64,000 bases of DNA from an uncultured Phycisphaera sp. (GTDB lineage Bacteria > Planctomycetota > Phycisphaerae > UBA1845), in NCBI GenBank assembly GCA_964501365.1, contig CAZCST010000003.1, forward strand, positions 1,962-65,961, read 5' to 3'. Position numbers and translations under genes: made by a program. Numbering within the stretch: the stretch's first letter is position 1; the number at the start of each line of letters is the position of its first letter. Shown in pieces: positions 25,164 to 33,814 of the stretch. Under the pieces are notes generated by a model, which was given only the letters and a program-made list of their open reading frames with translations, made no database searches and was not told the DNA's origin.

Positions 25164-25952
25164 TTATGCGGCGACGAGCTTTTGTCGCTGAGACACCGGC
25201 AAGAATACGACCATCTTGTCCATCGTGGTGCGCGGATTGTCGCCGGCCTGGATGGACAACACGCCCTGCAGGATCATTTCGCGGTTGAGGACTTCCTCCG
25301 CGGATCGCAGGGCGAGCTTGTCTCCGATGGGGCCGGCAATCGCATTGGCCACCACGGTTCCATACATCGTGGCGCAAACGGCCACCGCGAGGTTCTTACC
25401 GAGCGTGCCCACGTCGCCGCCGCTGAGATTTCCGAACATACCGATCTGTCCGACGAGCGTTCCGACCAGTCCATATCCGGGGCCGTATAGTTTGATCAGA
25501 TCGAAAAACTTCTTGCCGCTCTTATGACGATCCTGCATGGCCAGAATTTCGATTCGCAAGGTCTGCTCGATCGTGGCGGAGTCGATTCCGTCAATTGCCA
25601 TGCGGACTCCGGTGGCCAAAAATGGATCGACTTCCTTGCACCGGTTGAACTGGGCTTCAAGGGCGAGAATTCCATCGCGGCGGGCCCGGTCGGCCAGGTC
25701 GGCGATCAGTTTGATGACCACCGCAGGCCCCTTACTCTTGTTGAAAAGGAAACGCTTGCAATAGCCGGGGATCGACTTCACCCGGTCCAGGGGCAGGGCC
25801 ATAAAGGAGACGCTGATACTGCCGCCGAACACCAGCAGCACGCCTTCCATGGAATAAAACATCATCCAGTGGCCATGGCAGGACTCGTAGCCGACGATGC
25901 CGACCAACACGACTCCCAAAAGGCAGCCAATGAGGCTGGAAATATCCATCAA
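25164..25952 (-). CDS. motA: MotA/TolQ/ExbB-family proton-channel protein
   Basis: 262 aa with 4 TM helices. ..LAVAVCATMYGTVVANAIAGPIGDKL.. is the conserved MotA C-terminal TM region. Directly upstream of motB. Confidence 0.85.
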   Translation of the reverse strand: MMDISSLIGCLLGVVLVGIVGYESCHGHWMMFYSMEGVLLVFGGSISVSFMALPLDRVKSIPGYCKRFLFNKSKGPAVVIKLIADLADRARRDGILALEAQFNRCKEVDPFLATGVRMAIDGIDSATIEQTLRIEILAMQDRHKSGKKFFDLIKLYGPGYGLVGTLVGQIGMFGNLSGGDVGTLGKNLAVAVCATMYGTVVANAIAGPIGDKLALRSAEEVLNREMILQGVLSIQAGDNPRTTMDKMVVFLPVSQRQKLVAA

Positions 25953-26125
25953 GGACGTCCCAATAAGGTATACGCAAGTCCGGAATGGACACGGCGCCTC
26001 CGGACACTGTGCATGGTTTGTCGGATGAAAATGTCCGATAGTTAAGCCCCGCCGGGCGCCCTTGAGACCAATGGGTCCTATATCAAGGAATCTTTGACAG
26101 GCTGGGTCGGCCTGGCACGTCTATA

Positions 26126-26707
26126 TTGGTGATTATGGCGATGGCAGTAGCCCATGAGTTCGATCCGGAAGCCCCGGTAATCGAGGCGATCCGCAGCGGT
26201 GACCGCTGTGCCTTCGCGGAGTTTGTGCGCCGCCATAACGAATGGGTTCGCGGTGTGATCTTCGGAGTGCTTGGCCGGGCGGACGTGATTGACGACGTGT
26301 CCCAGCAGGTCTGGACGGCCGTGTGGCAGCGCGTCGGCGAGCTTCGTTCGATGCAGAGTTGGAGATCGTGGTTGTACCGATTGGCGAGAAACGCGGCGGT
26401 GGATGCGGGGCGCGATGCTTCGCGGCAACGGGCCCGACTCAAGGTGGCGGCGGTGGAAGGCGGCGCAGGCAAAACGGAGTCCGCTGAGGCGGAGCTGGTG
26501 AGCGAAGAGGGTCGGCGGGAAGTTCTGGCCGCCATTGGTGGATTGCCTCCGCTGTATCGTGAGCCGTTTGTTCTGCGACACATGAATGGTTGGAACTATC
26601 AGCAAATCGCGGAGGCGATGGAGATGCCGGTGGATTCGATCGAAACGCGATTGGTTCGTGCCCGGCGGCTTCTGCGGGATGCACTGAAGGACAAAGTGAG
26701 TTACTAG
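26126..26707 (+). CDS. ECF-type RNA polymerase sigma-70 factor
   Basis: Region 2 (FAEFVRRHNEWVRGVIFGVL..DVSQQVWTAVWQ..WLYRLARNAAVDAGR) and region 4 (YREPFVLRHMNGWNYQQIAEAMEMPVDSIETRLVRARRLLRDAL). The start may be ATG 26135. Confidence 0.9.
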   Translation: MVIMAMAVAHEFDPEAPVIEAIRSGDRCAFAEFVRRHNEWVRGVIFGVLGRADVIDDVSQQVWTAVWQRVGELRSMQSWRSWLYRLARNAAVDAGRDASRQRARLKVAAVEGGAGKTESAEAELVSEEGRREVLAAIGGLPPLYREPFVLRHMNGWNYQQIAEAMEMPVDSIETRLVRARRLLRDALKDKVSY

Positions 26708-26710
26708 GCG

Positions 26711-27292
26711 ATGCAAAACGAACTGGACAATTCGGAACTGTTGATCAGTCGGCTGCTCGACGGGGAGCTTTCTGAGGACGCCGAGCTGGAACTGAATCGC
26801 ACGTTGATTCGCGAGCCGGAGATGATGCGGCTTCGCGACGACTATCAGAAGGTCAATGCACTGGCGGTGTCGGCGCTCGATTCACTGCGATGTGGTGGGG
26901 CAATTAATCTGGATGCGGTGTTTGACGCCGCTGTTCCTGCCCGACCGGCTCTACGGATCCATGCCCGCCGTGGATGGGTGATGATTCCCGGTGCGATTGC
27001 GGCAGCCCTTCTGGCGATGGTCATTCCGAATCCGGATTATCGTCCGGCCACGACGCCCATTGTTACGGACGCCAGTTCCCTTTTTTCGACTGCGCCCGGA
27101 TCGACGTGGAATGGATCGGAATTGGCCAGACCGGTATCCACGATGCCGAGAATTCGCAGTCAGACGGGGCGCGACGTGATCGGTGCGGTGGGGGACGATG
27201 GCAATTTGTACTGGATCGAGGTGGAGAAGACGCGAACGGTTCGCTGGCCGGCGGGAGCGGTTGCAGCGCCGGATGGCAAGGATTCCATGTAA
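26711..27292 (+). CDS. Putative anti-sigma factor (single-pass membrane)
   Basis: Starts 4 nt after the sigma gene. N-terminus LISRLLDGELSEDAELELNRTLIREPEMMRLRDDY is typical of anti-sigma N-domains. Central TM WVMIPGAIAAALLAMVI. Confidence 0.65.
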   Translation: MQNELDNSELLISRLLDGELSEDAELELNRTLIREPEMMRLRDDYQKVNALAVSALDSLRCGGAINLDAVFDAAVPARPALRIHARRGWVMIPGAIAAALLAMVIPNPDYRPATTPIVTDASSLFSTAPGSTWNGSELARPVSTMPRIRSQTGRDVIGAVGDDGNLYWIEVEKTRTVRWPAGAVAAPDGKDSM

Positions 27293-27302
27293 CACGGATT
27301 TG

Positions 27303-27340
27303 AGAATTCAGAATTCAGATTTCAAATTTCAGATTTGAAA
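27303..27340. repeat. Heptameric tandem repeat (GAATTCA/GATTTCA variants) x5
   Basis: agaattc agaattc agatttc aaatttc agatttg, located between the anti-sigma stop and the PDZ gene start. Confidence 0.6.
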
Positions 27341-27378
27341 CAGGTTTTGTTGAAATGATTGTGGAAGGAGAATGGACT

Positions 27379-28908
27379 ATGAAAACATTGATGTGTGCAT
27401 TGCTGGGGCTTACGCCGAATTTGCTGGCGTGGAATTATGCCGTCGCTCAGACCGCGAGTGCGGCGGACGGCACTCCCAGAGTGATCGTGGTGCGGCCCAA
27501 TGGTGACGCTGGAGCTCAGCCCGAGAATTTCGAGTGGGTCAGTGACGACGGCCAGCAACATATCCAGATCATCGCACAGGCGGTGGCCGGCGATGGCAGC
27601 GCGCAGGATGGCGAAGTCAAAGTGATCCAACTGGTTGGCGGTCCGAACGGCGCGAATGGAAACGGCGTAACGGCCGATGTTGATGTGCAAGTGACGAGCG
27701 ATGGCGGCCACGGTCAGGCCAAGCAGATCAAGGTTGTTGCCAGACCCAAGACGGACGATCCCGATGCCGCGCAGCGCGGCTGGCTGGGCGTGTCGATCAT
27801 GAGCGTGCCCGAGGCGGTGGCCGCCCAGGCAGGAACACCGGGTCGCGGTGTAATGGTGGGAAACGTGATGACTGGCAGCCCGGCGGACAAGGCGGGCATC
27901 CAGAATAATGATGTGATCGTATCCATCAACGGTGAGGAGGTTGCCGGCGACGTGGGTCCGGCGGTTGATCTGATCAAGACGCACAAGCCCGGCGAGACGA
28001 TCAACGTGGGCATTCTTCGCGAAGGGAAACCCAGCACGATGAAGGTGACCCTGGGTTCGCGGGCCGACATGAAGAATTTCGAGTGGAAATTCGAGGGTCT
28101 TCCGGCCCAGGTAGATGAGCAGGTCAAGACTCGCGGTAAGTTCATTCTGAAGAATCCCAACGGCGAACTGATCGTCAAGGACCTTGGAGAACTCAACGAC
28201 CTCAAGAATCTCCCGGACAACATTCGCATGTTCGTGCCGCAGTCCGGCAGTCGGTCGACGCAGGTCTTCGTGGAAAACGGTCAGAAGACGATCAAGATGA
28301 ACGTGGAGAAGGACGGTTCAACGGTCAGCATCGAACAGGCCGATGGCGGACCGATCACTGTCCGGCGTTCCGAAAACGGCGGTCAGGAGACGGTCGCGAC
28401 CTATGACAATGCGGACGCCCTGAAGGCTGCCGACGAAGATGCCTATGGCCTGTATTCCCAGGCGGGACAAAATATTTTTGTCCACGTCGATGGCGACGAC
28501 GATGACGACGACGGTCCGCACGTGTTCTTCCACGGCGGTGATCCTTCGGGACAGTGGCGCGTTCATCTCGAGCAGAGCCTGGCCGAGGCCAAGACGGCTT
28601 ACGGCGAGGCGATGCAGGAACTGCACAACAACCTCATGGAGTTGAATAAGAACGGAACCCTGGATGTGGAGAAGCTGCACGAATTGCTCAATTCCCAGGG
28701 TGGAAAGGGTCTTGGAACCGCGTTTACTTTTACGACGGGCAAGCCCACTCATCGTTTCGAAGTCAACGCGGACGGTTCAATCGAAGTCTCCATTCGCAAG
28801 GGAGATTCGGAAGTGACGCAGTCATTCAAGAGCGAGGCCGATATGTCCAAGCGACGTCCGGACCTTTATGAGAAGTATCAGGATGTGAAGGCTGCTGACG
28901 AGGAATAG
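27379..28908 (+). CDS. Secreted PDZ-domain protein
   Basis: Signal peptide MKTLMCALLGLTPNLLAWNYAVAQ. PDZ region RGWLGVSIMSVPEAVAAQAG..GVMVGNVMTGSPADKAGIQNNDVIVSINGEEV. Acidic run DGDDDDDDG. GGAAGGAG SD precedes ATG 27379. Confidence 0.75.
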   Translation: MKTLMCALLGLTPNLLAWNYAVAQTASAADGTPRVIVVRPNGDAGAQPENFEWVSDDGQQHIQIIAQAVAGDGSAQDGEVKVIQLVGGPNGANGNGVTADVDVQVTSDGGHGQAKQIKVVARPKTDDPDAAQRGWLGVSIMSVPEAVAAQAGTPGRGVMVGNVMTGSPADKAGIQNNDVIVSINGEEVAGDVGPAVDLIKTHKPGETINVGILREGKPSTMKVTLGSRADMKNFEWKFEGLPAQVDEQVKTRGKFILKNPNGELIVKDLGELNDLKNLPDNIRMFVPQSGSRSTQVFVENGQKTIKMNVEKDGSTVSIEQADGGPITVRRSENGGQETVATYDNADALKAADEDAYGLYSQAGQNIFVHVDGDDDDDDGPHVFFHGGDPSGQWRVHLEQSLAEAKTAYGEAMQELHNNLMELNKNGTLDVEKLHELLNSQGGKGLGTAFTFTTGKPTHRFEVNADGSIEVSIRKGDSEVTQSFKSEADMSKRRPDLYEKYQDVKAADEE

Positions 28909-28925
28909 CACCGCAGAGAATGAAA

Positions 28926-29291
28926 TCAGCGTACCGGGGCGGGCGCCGAAATCGGCGTCCGCCCTTTTTCATTGGCAGGCTGAACCAGCTTCAAGCCGAG
29001 TATTCCGGTGCAAATCATCGCGATACAAACGAGCCGCACCGCGTCGCGCGGTTCGGCAAAGAGGATGATTCCCAACAGGGTTGTGCCCACTACGCCAATT
29101 CCGGTCCAGACGGCATAAGCCGTTCCGAGCGGAATGGACTGTACTGCCTTCGAGAGGAACCAAAAGCTCGCGATCATGGCGACGATGGTGAAGATGCTGG
29201 GGAGGGGGCGACTAAACCCCTGGGCGTATTTCAAGCCGACTGCCCAAGTGATTTCGAGCAACCCGGCGAAGAGAAGGTAGGTCCATGCCAT
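28926..29291 (-). CDS. sugE: SMR-family small multidrug/guanidinium exporter (SugE/Gdx-like)
   Basis: MAWTYLLFAGLLEITWAVGLKY..PLGTAYAVWTGIGVVGTTLLGIILF; conserved Glu in TM1; about 121 aa from ATG 29291. Confidence 0.9.
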   Translation of the reverse strand: MAWTYLLFAGLLEITWAVGLKYAQGFSRPLPSIFTIVAMIASFWFLSKAVQSIPLGTAYAVWTGIGVVGTTLLGIILFAEPRDAVRLVCIAMICTGILGLKLVQPANEKGRTPISAPAPVR

Positions 29292-29351
29292 TGAGTTCAA
29301 ATTGACCAATCTTCAGCCCCCTTGGCTTGGGGACAGACAAAACACACGATC

Positions 29352-31094
29352 TCACTCCGGAGCGGTGTAGACGATGTTGCCGCCAACGATCGTCTGGCCA
29401 ACTCGGACCGATTGCAGTTTGTCTGGCGCAATCGTGAAGGGGTCGTCCTTAAGTATGACGAGGTCGGCGAGTTTGCCGGGTTCGATAAGCCCCAACGTTG
29501 CCTCGCGGTGAATAGCTCGTGGAGGCCACGCCGTGTAGGCGGCCATGGCTTCCTGCACGGTGATGGAATGATCGGGCTGCCATGTTTTTCCGTCAAGCGT
29601 TTTGGCGGTAACGGCGGAAGCGACGCCCTCAAACGGATTCATGCTGACCACTGGCCAATCGCTTCCGAAGACAAGGAGTGCCTTCGCATTCAGCAATTCG
29701 CGGAAGGCGTACGAGCCCCGAAGACGGTCACTGCCGATGGCTTTTTCGGCATAGCGTCCGTCGTCCGCTTTGTGCAACGGCTGCATGGACGCAACGACTC
29801 CCAGCCTGGCGAAGCGCGGGATGTCGTCGACAAGCAGGTGCTGGGCGTGTTCGATACGGTGGCGCATGTCGGAGGTGGAGTTTCTCTTTGCGGCGGCTTC
29901 GTACGCATCCAGCAACAAATGGTTCGCCTGGTCGCCGATGGCGTGTACCGCGAGTTGAAGGCCCTTGGAGTCGGCGGCGGTGACTTGTTCGACGAACGAG
30001 TCATTCTTTGCGGCGAACGCGGTGAGCTGCCCTCGCGGGTAGGGTGAATGCGAGTCGGCATCCGCATAGGGATCGAGCATGTAGGCCGTGCGGCTGCCGA
30101 GCGATCCATCCATGTAGCCCTTGAATCCGGCGAGGTACAGCATCTTGTCGTTGAGGTCCATGTGGTCTTTGGCGATCTGGTCGGCGTATTTCGCCCAATC
30201 CGTGGTGCTGAGGTAACTGGTGATTCGTACCGTGAGGGTGCGATCCCTGCCGGCCTGGCGAAAAGCCTCAAGGTCGGCGAGTCCGGACATATCGTGCACT
30301 GAAGTGATGCCAAGCGAGTTGGCGTGCCGCATTGCGCGAAGAAGAGATTCGTAGCGGTCTTTGGCGGAAGGCTCAGGGATCAGCTTATCGACCAGCTCCA
30401 TGGCCGATTCCTTAAGGATGCCGGTAGGCTCCCTGGTCTTCGGGTCGCGCTCGATTTCGCCGCCCGGAGGGTCGGCCGGTCCCTTGGCGTCGATGCCAGC
30501 GAGCTTCAGGGCGGCCGAATTCACCAGTGCTTCGTGTCCGTCCATCCTGGTCAGGAATGTCGGGGTCTTCCCGGTGACGGGATCGAGCCATTCCGCTTTC
30601 GGCGTTGACGGGTCCTTCCAGCTGTCCACGCTCCATCGCCCACCGAGAACCCATTCGCCTTCCTTCTTTTCCTTGGCCGCGGATTCAACGGCTTTGACGA
30701 ATTCATCACGATTCTTTGCATCGCGGAGGTTCAACCGGACGAGCTGAAACCCGCCGCCAATCAAGTGGGTATGAGAGTCGGTCATTCCGGGAATGACCCT
30801 GCGGCCCTGGGCATCGAGCATTCTCGTGTCCTTGCCGAGCCGATCGCGAGTGATGTCAAAGGACGATCCGACATCGGCAATGGCGTCACCGATGATGGCA
30901 ATGGAATCAGGTGCTGGATCGCCGGGTCGTCCAGGTCCCGCCCAAATCTTTGCGTTGATGATGATGAGATCCGCCTTGCGGGGGCGATCCTGAGCGAATG
31001 CCGGCGAGGCGAGCAGGAGGGCCGGTAAGAAGATCAGGGTACCGGATTGGTTTTTTCTTCGGTGGCTCATTCCGGGCATGCGTACGCTCCTCAT
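29352..31094 (-). CDS. Exported metal-dependent amidohydrolase (Amidohydro_3-like)
   Basis: GMTDSHTHLIGGG metal-binding HxH. Signal peptide ..TLIFLPALLLASPAFAQ. C-terminal ..ADLVILKDDPF.. is typical of the family. The start is chosen among ATGs 31094/31079/31070; the track start is 31241. Confidence 0.85.
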   Translation of the reverse strand: MRSVRMPGMSHRRKNQSGTLIFLPALLLASPAFAQDRPRKADLIIINAKIWAGPGRPGDPAPDSIAIIGDAIADVGSSFDITRDRLGKDTRMLDAQGRRVIPGMTDSHTHLIGGGFQLVRLNLRDAKNRDEFVKAVESAAKEKKEGEWVLGGRWSVDSWKDPSTPKAEWLDPVTGKTPTFLTRMDGHEALVNSAALKLAGIDAKGPADPPGGEIERDPKTREPTGILKESAMELVDKLIPEPSAKDRYESLLRAMRHANSLGITSVHDMSGLADLEAFRQAGRDRTLTVRITSYLSTTDWAKYADQIAKDHMDLNDKMLYLAGFKGYMDGSLGSRTAYMLDPYADADSHSPYPRGQLTAFAAKNDSFVEQVTAADSKGLQLAVHAIGDQANHLLLDAYEAAAKRNSTSDMRHRIEHAQHLLVDDIPRFARLGVVASMQPLHKADDGRYAEKAIGSDRLRGSYAFRELLNAKALLVFGSDWPVVSMNPFEGVASAVTAKTLDGKTWQPDHSITVQEAMAAYTAWPPRAIHREATLGLIEPGKLADLVILKDDPFTIAPDKLQSVRVGQTIVGGNIVYTAPE

Positions 31095-31344
31095 GTTCAA
31101 CTCCGATTGCGATCGCCGCTTTGTTGCGAGGCACTCAGTGGGCCTCCTAACGTCAGCTCCAGGCTCTCCATTCCATGAAAACATTTTTACACGAAAATGC
31201 AACGTCCCGCGATGGCGGGAGTTGTCAGCTCCGGAAGGCATTTCGCCAAATAATCGTGCCGCATACGGTAGCGGCCATGAAGGTGTGGCCTACCGGCGTC
31301 CGATAGCTGAATAGGGAGTCACGCAATTACGGAAAGGGTGCGCT

Positions 31345-32487
31345 ATGGGTACGGCTGTTGTGCGTGGGAAGCGGACGATTCCGGTGTGTACGCCGCAGGT
31401 GGGTGCGGCGGAGCGCCGGTACGTGGCCGACTGTCTGGAGACAAACTGGATTTCGTCGATGGGCGCATATATCCCGCGCTTCGAGCAGCAGTTCTCAGAG
31501 ATTTGCGGGGCCCAGCATGGAGTGGCGTGCAGCAACGGGACGACGGCGCTGCACCTGGCCCTGGAGTCTCTCGGAGTCGGTCCGGGCGACGAAGTGATCA
31601 TTCCGGCGTTTACGTTGATCGTATCGGCAAATGTCGTGTGCCTGACTGGGGCGCGGCCGGTGCTGGTGGATGTACGCCCTGACACATGGTGCATTGATGA
31701 ACGATTGATCGAGGCAAAGATTACGCCGCGGACGAAGGCGATCATGGCCGTGCACATGTATGGCCACCCGTGCGAGATGGGCGCGATCATGGCGGTTGCC
31801 AAGAAGCACGGATTGTTTGTGATTGAGGATGCGGCGCAGGCTCACGGTGCGACGTATCGTGGGAGGCGGGTTGGAGCGATCGGGCACCTGGGGTGCTTCA
31901 GCTTTTACGGGAACAAGATCATCACGACCGGTGAAGGCGGGATGTTGGTGACGAATGATGCGGAGATTGCCAGGCGAGCAGCGCTGCTGCGGAATCAGGC
32001 GTTCGGCGAAGAGCGGTTCGTACACCACGAAGTGGGATTCAACTATCGGATGACGAACATTCAGGCGGCCATCGGGTGCGGGCAATGCGAGGAATTTGAT
32101 GAGAAGGTGGCGCGAAAGCGGGGGATTGCCGCGATCTATGATGATTTGCTCTGCGGAGAAGAGGATCTGCGATTACCCGCGCGAGCCGATGGGTGTGAGC
32201 CGGTGTGCTGGATGTATGGCGTGGTGCTGGATGAGGGGTTTGGGCGGACCAAGCGCGAGGTACGGGAGCAATTGGAGGCGCGCGGGGTGGAGACGCGATC
32301 GTTTTTCATTCCGATGAATCAGCAGCCGGTTTTCCAGGGCGGGCATTCCCGGTGGCCCGACTTGCGGGGGAGTTTTCCGGTAAGCGAGCGACTTGGCGAG
32401 CGGGGGTTTTATTTGCCAAGCGGGGCGGATTTGAAAAGAGATGATCAGGAATACGTGGTGGAACAATTGTTGAACTGCAAGCGATGA
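31345..32487 (+). CDS. DegT/DnrJ/EryC1/StrS-family sugar aminotransferase
   Basis: ..CSNGTTALHLALESLGVGPGDEVIIPAFT.., ..FYGNKIITTGEGGM.. (PLP-Lys region), ..GFNYRMTNIQAAIG... Confidence 0.9.
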   Translation: MGTAVVRGKRTIPVCTPQVGAAERRYVADCLETNWISSMGAYIPRFEQQFSEICGAQHGVACSNGTTALHLALESLGVGPGDEVIIPAFTLIVSANVVCLTGARPVLVDVRPDTWCIDERLIEAKITPRTKAIMAVHMYGHPCEMGAIMAVAKKHGLFVIEDAAQAHGATYRGRRVGAIGHLGCFSFYGNKIITTGEGGMLVTNDAEIARRAALLRNQAFGEERFVHHEVGFNYRMTNIQAAIGCGQCEEFDEKVARKRGIAAIYDDLLCGEEDLRLPARADGCEPVCWMYGVVLDEGFGRTKREVREQLEARGVETRSFFIPMNQQPVFQGGHSRWPDLRGSFPVSERLGERGFYLPSGADLKRDDQEYVVEQLLNCKR

Positions 32488-32547
32488 TTTCCTAATGCGT
32501 TCAAAGGCTGAAGAGGTCAAGGGTTCAAGAGTCCAGTCGAGAACAAT

Positions 32548-33684
32548 ATGCCGCCGCGAGTGATGGTCATTCAGACGTTTTATCCGGAATTCCTGAAGGA
32601 TATCTATCGCGCGGAGCCGGGCCTGGCGGAACTGGAATTTGAAGCGCAGTGCGCACGCCTTTTTTCCTCGGCGTTCAGCACGTCAGATGCCTATTCGCAA
32701 GGATTGGCGGCGCTGGGGTGCCAGACGTGGGAGATCATTTGCAACGCGGATGCGGCACAGAAGCGATGGGCGGATGATCACGGACTGACACCCGCCGGCA
32801 ATATTCATGATCAACGGCGTGAGATTGTGATCGCTCAGATTGACGAGTTTCGACCGGACGTCGTTTACATTTTCGAGTGGTGTCCGCTGGGCGATCGATT
32901 TGTTGGCGAAATGAGGGATCGAGTCCAACTGGTTGTTGGAGAGATTGCATCGCCGCTGCCCAGGGATCGGACGTTTCGCGGTTACGACCTGATGATTTCG
33001 TCGTGGCCACCGCTGGTGGATTATTTTCGCTCGGAGGGGATTGATGCGGAGCACGTCCGGCTCGGATTTGACCGGCGAATTCTGGATCGTCTGCCGGCAC
33101 GCGAGACGAGACATGACGTGACGTTTGTGGGTGGATTTGCCGAGTCACACCCGGATCGGATTCCCTGGCTGGAAGAATTGCTGGGCGAAGTGGACATTGA
33201 CATTTTTTGCTATGGCTTGGGCCGGACGCGGGAGAATTCGCCTATTCGCAGTCACCATCGTGGGCAGTTGTGGGGGCTGGAGATGTATCAGGCCCTCCAG
33301 CAATCGAAGATCACTCTCAACCGACACGCAAGAATCGACATTCGAGGCGCGGTTGATTCACAGTGGTGCAACAACATGAGGCTGTATGAGGCGACGGGCG
33401 TGGGGACGTGCTTGTTGACCGAGTGGCGTCCCCACCTCGCGGACTTGTTTGAGCCGGAACGCGACGTGCTGACCTATCGAGATACGGCTGAGTGTGCGGA
33501 AAAAATCCGGCATTACCTTGACCATGCCGACGAGCGGGAGGCGATCGCGCAGGCGGGGCAGCGGCGAACGCTTCGAGATCATTTGTACACGGACCGGATG
33601 GTTGAGCTCCTGGGCCACTTTGAGCGACAATTAGGATCAAGACGGACGCTCCGTTCACGCCCCGTCGCACCTGCCACACTTTGA
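32548..33684 (+). CDS. Glycosyltransferase, CgeB-like
   Basis: C-terminal NMRLYEATGVGTCLLTEW..DVLTYRDTAECAEKIRHYLDHADEREAIAQAGQRRTLRDHLYTDRM resembles CgeB/DUF3880-type glycosyltransferases. The assignment is from motif memory only. Confidence 0.6.
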   Translation: MPPRVMVIQTFYPEFLKDIYRAEPGLAELEFEAQCARLFSSAFSTSDAYSQGLAALGCQTWEIICNADAAQKRWADDHGLTPAGNIHDQRREIVIAQIDEFRPDVVYIFEWCPLGDRFVGEMRDRVQLVVGEIASPLPRDRTFRGYDLMISSWPPLVDYFRSEGIDAEHVRLGFDRRILDRLPARETRHDVTFVGGFAESHPDRIPWLEELLGEVDIDIFCYGLGRTRENSPIRSHHRGQLWGLEMYQALQQSKITLNRHARIDIRGAVDSQWCNNMRLYEATGVGTCLLTEWRPHLADLFEPERDVLTYRDTAECAEKIRHYLDHADEREAIAQAGQRRTLRDHLYTDRMVELLGHFERQLGSRRTLRSRPVAPATL

Positions 33685-33814
33685 TTGCAGTATTGAGCTC
33701 CATGCTGTTCCGGCGAGCTGGGAATGGCCGATTTTCGCATTGTCCCTGCGGAACGCGAAACCGTTTCCCGACGGAATATGCAAAAGTCCGGAAGGATGCC
33801 GATATCCGTAGGGT

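Noticed and set aside
26085-26135. TTGACA ... TATATT promoter upstream of the ECF sigma gene, sharing the CTTTGACAGGCT box with the sORF promoter
   Set aside because: The spacer between the two hexamers is 22 nt by my count, too long for a sigma-70-type promoter. I could not place a convincing ECF-type GGAAC-n16-CGT motif either. It is left unannotated.
24109-27340. CRISPR array
   Set aside because: The only direct repeats are 7-nt units in blocks of 3-5 with no spacers. There are no 24-40-nt repeats with unique spacers and no cas genes anywhere in the window.
29292-29351. Guanidine riboswitch upstream of the sugE/Gdx-like exporter
   Set aside because: Only 60 nt separate sugE from the upstream amidohydrolase stop. 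I see no paired ACGR-loop hairpins (guanidine-II), no guanidine-III pseudoknot motif and no ykkC-like structure. There is only one CCCC-n7-GGGG REP-like hairpin.
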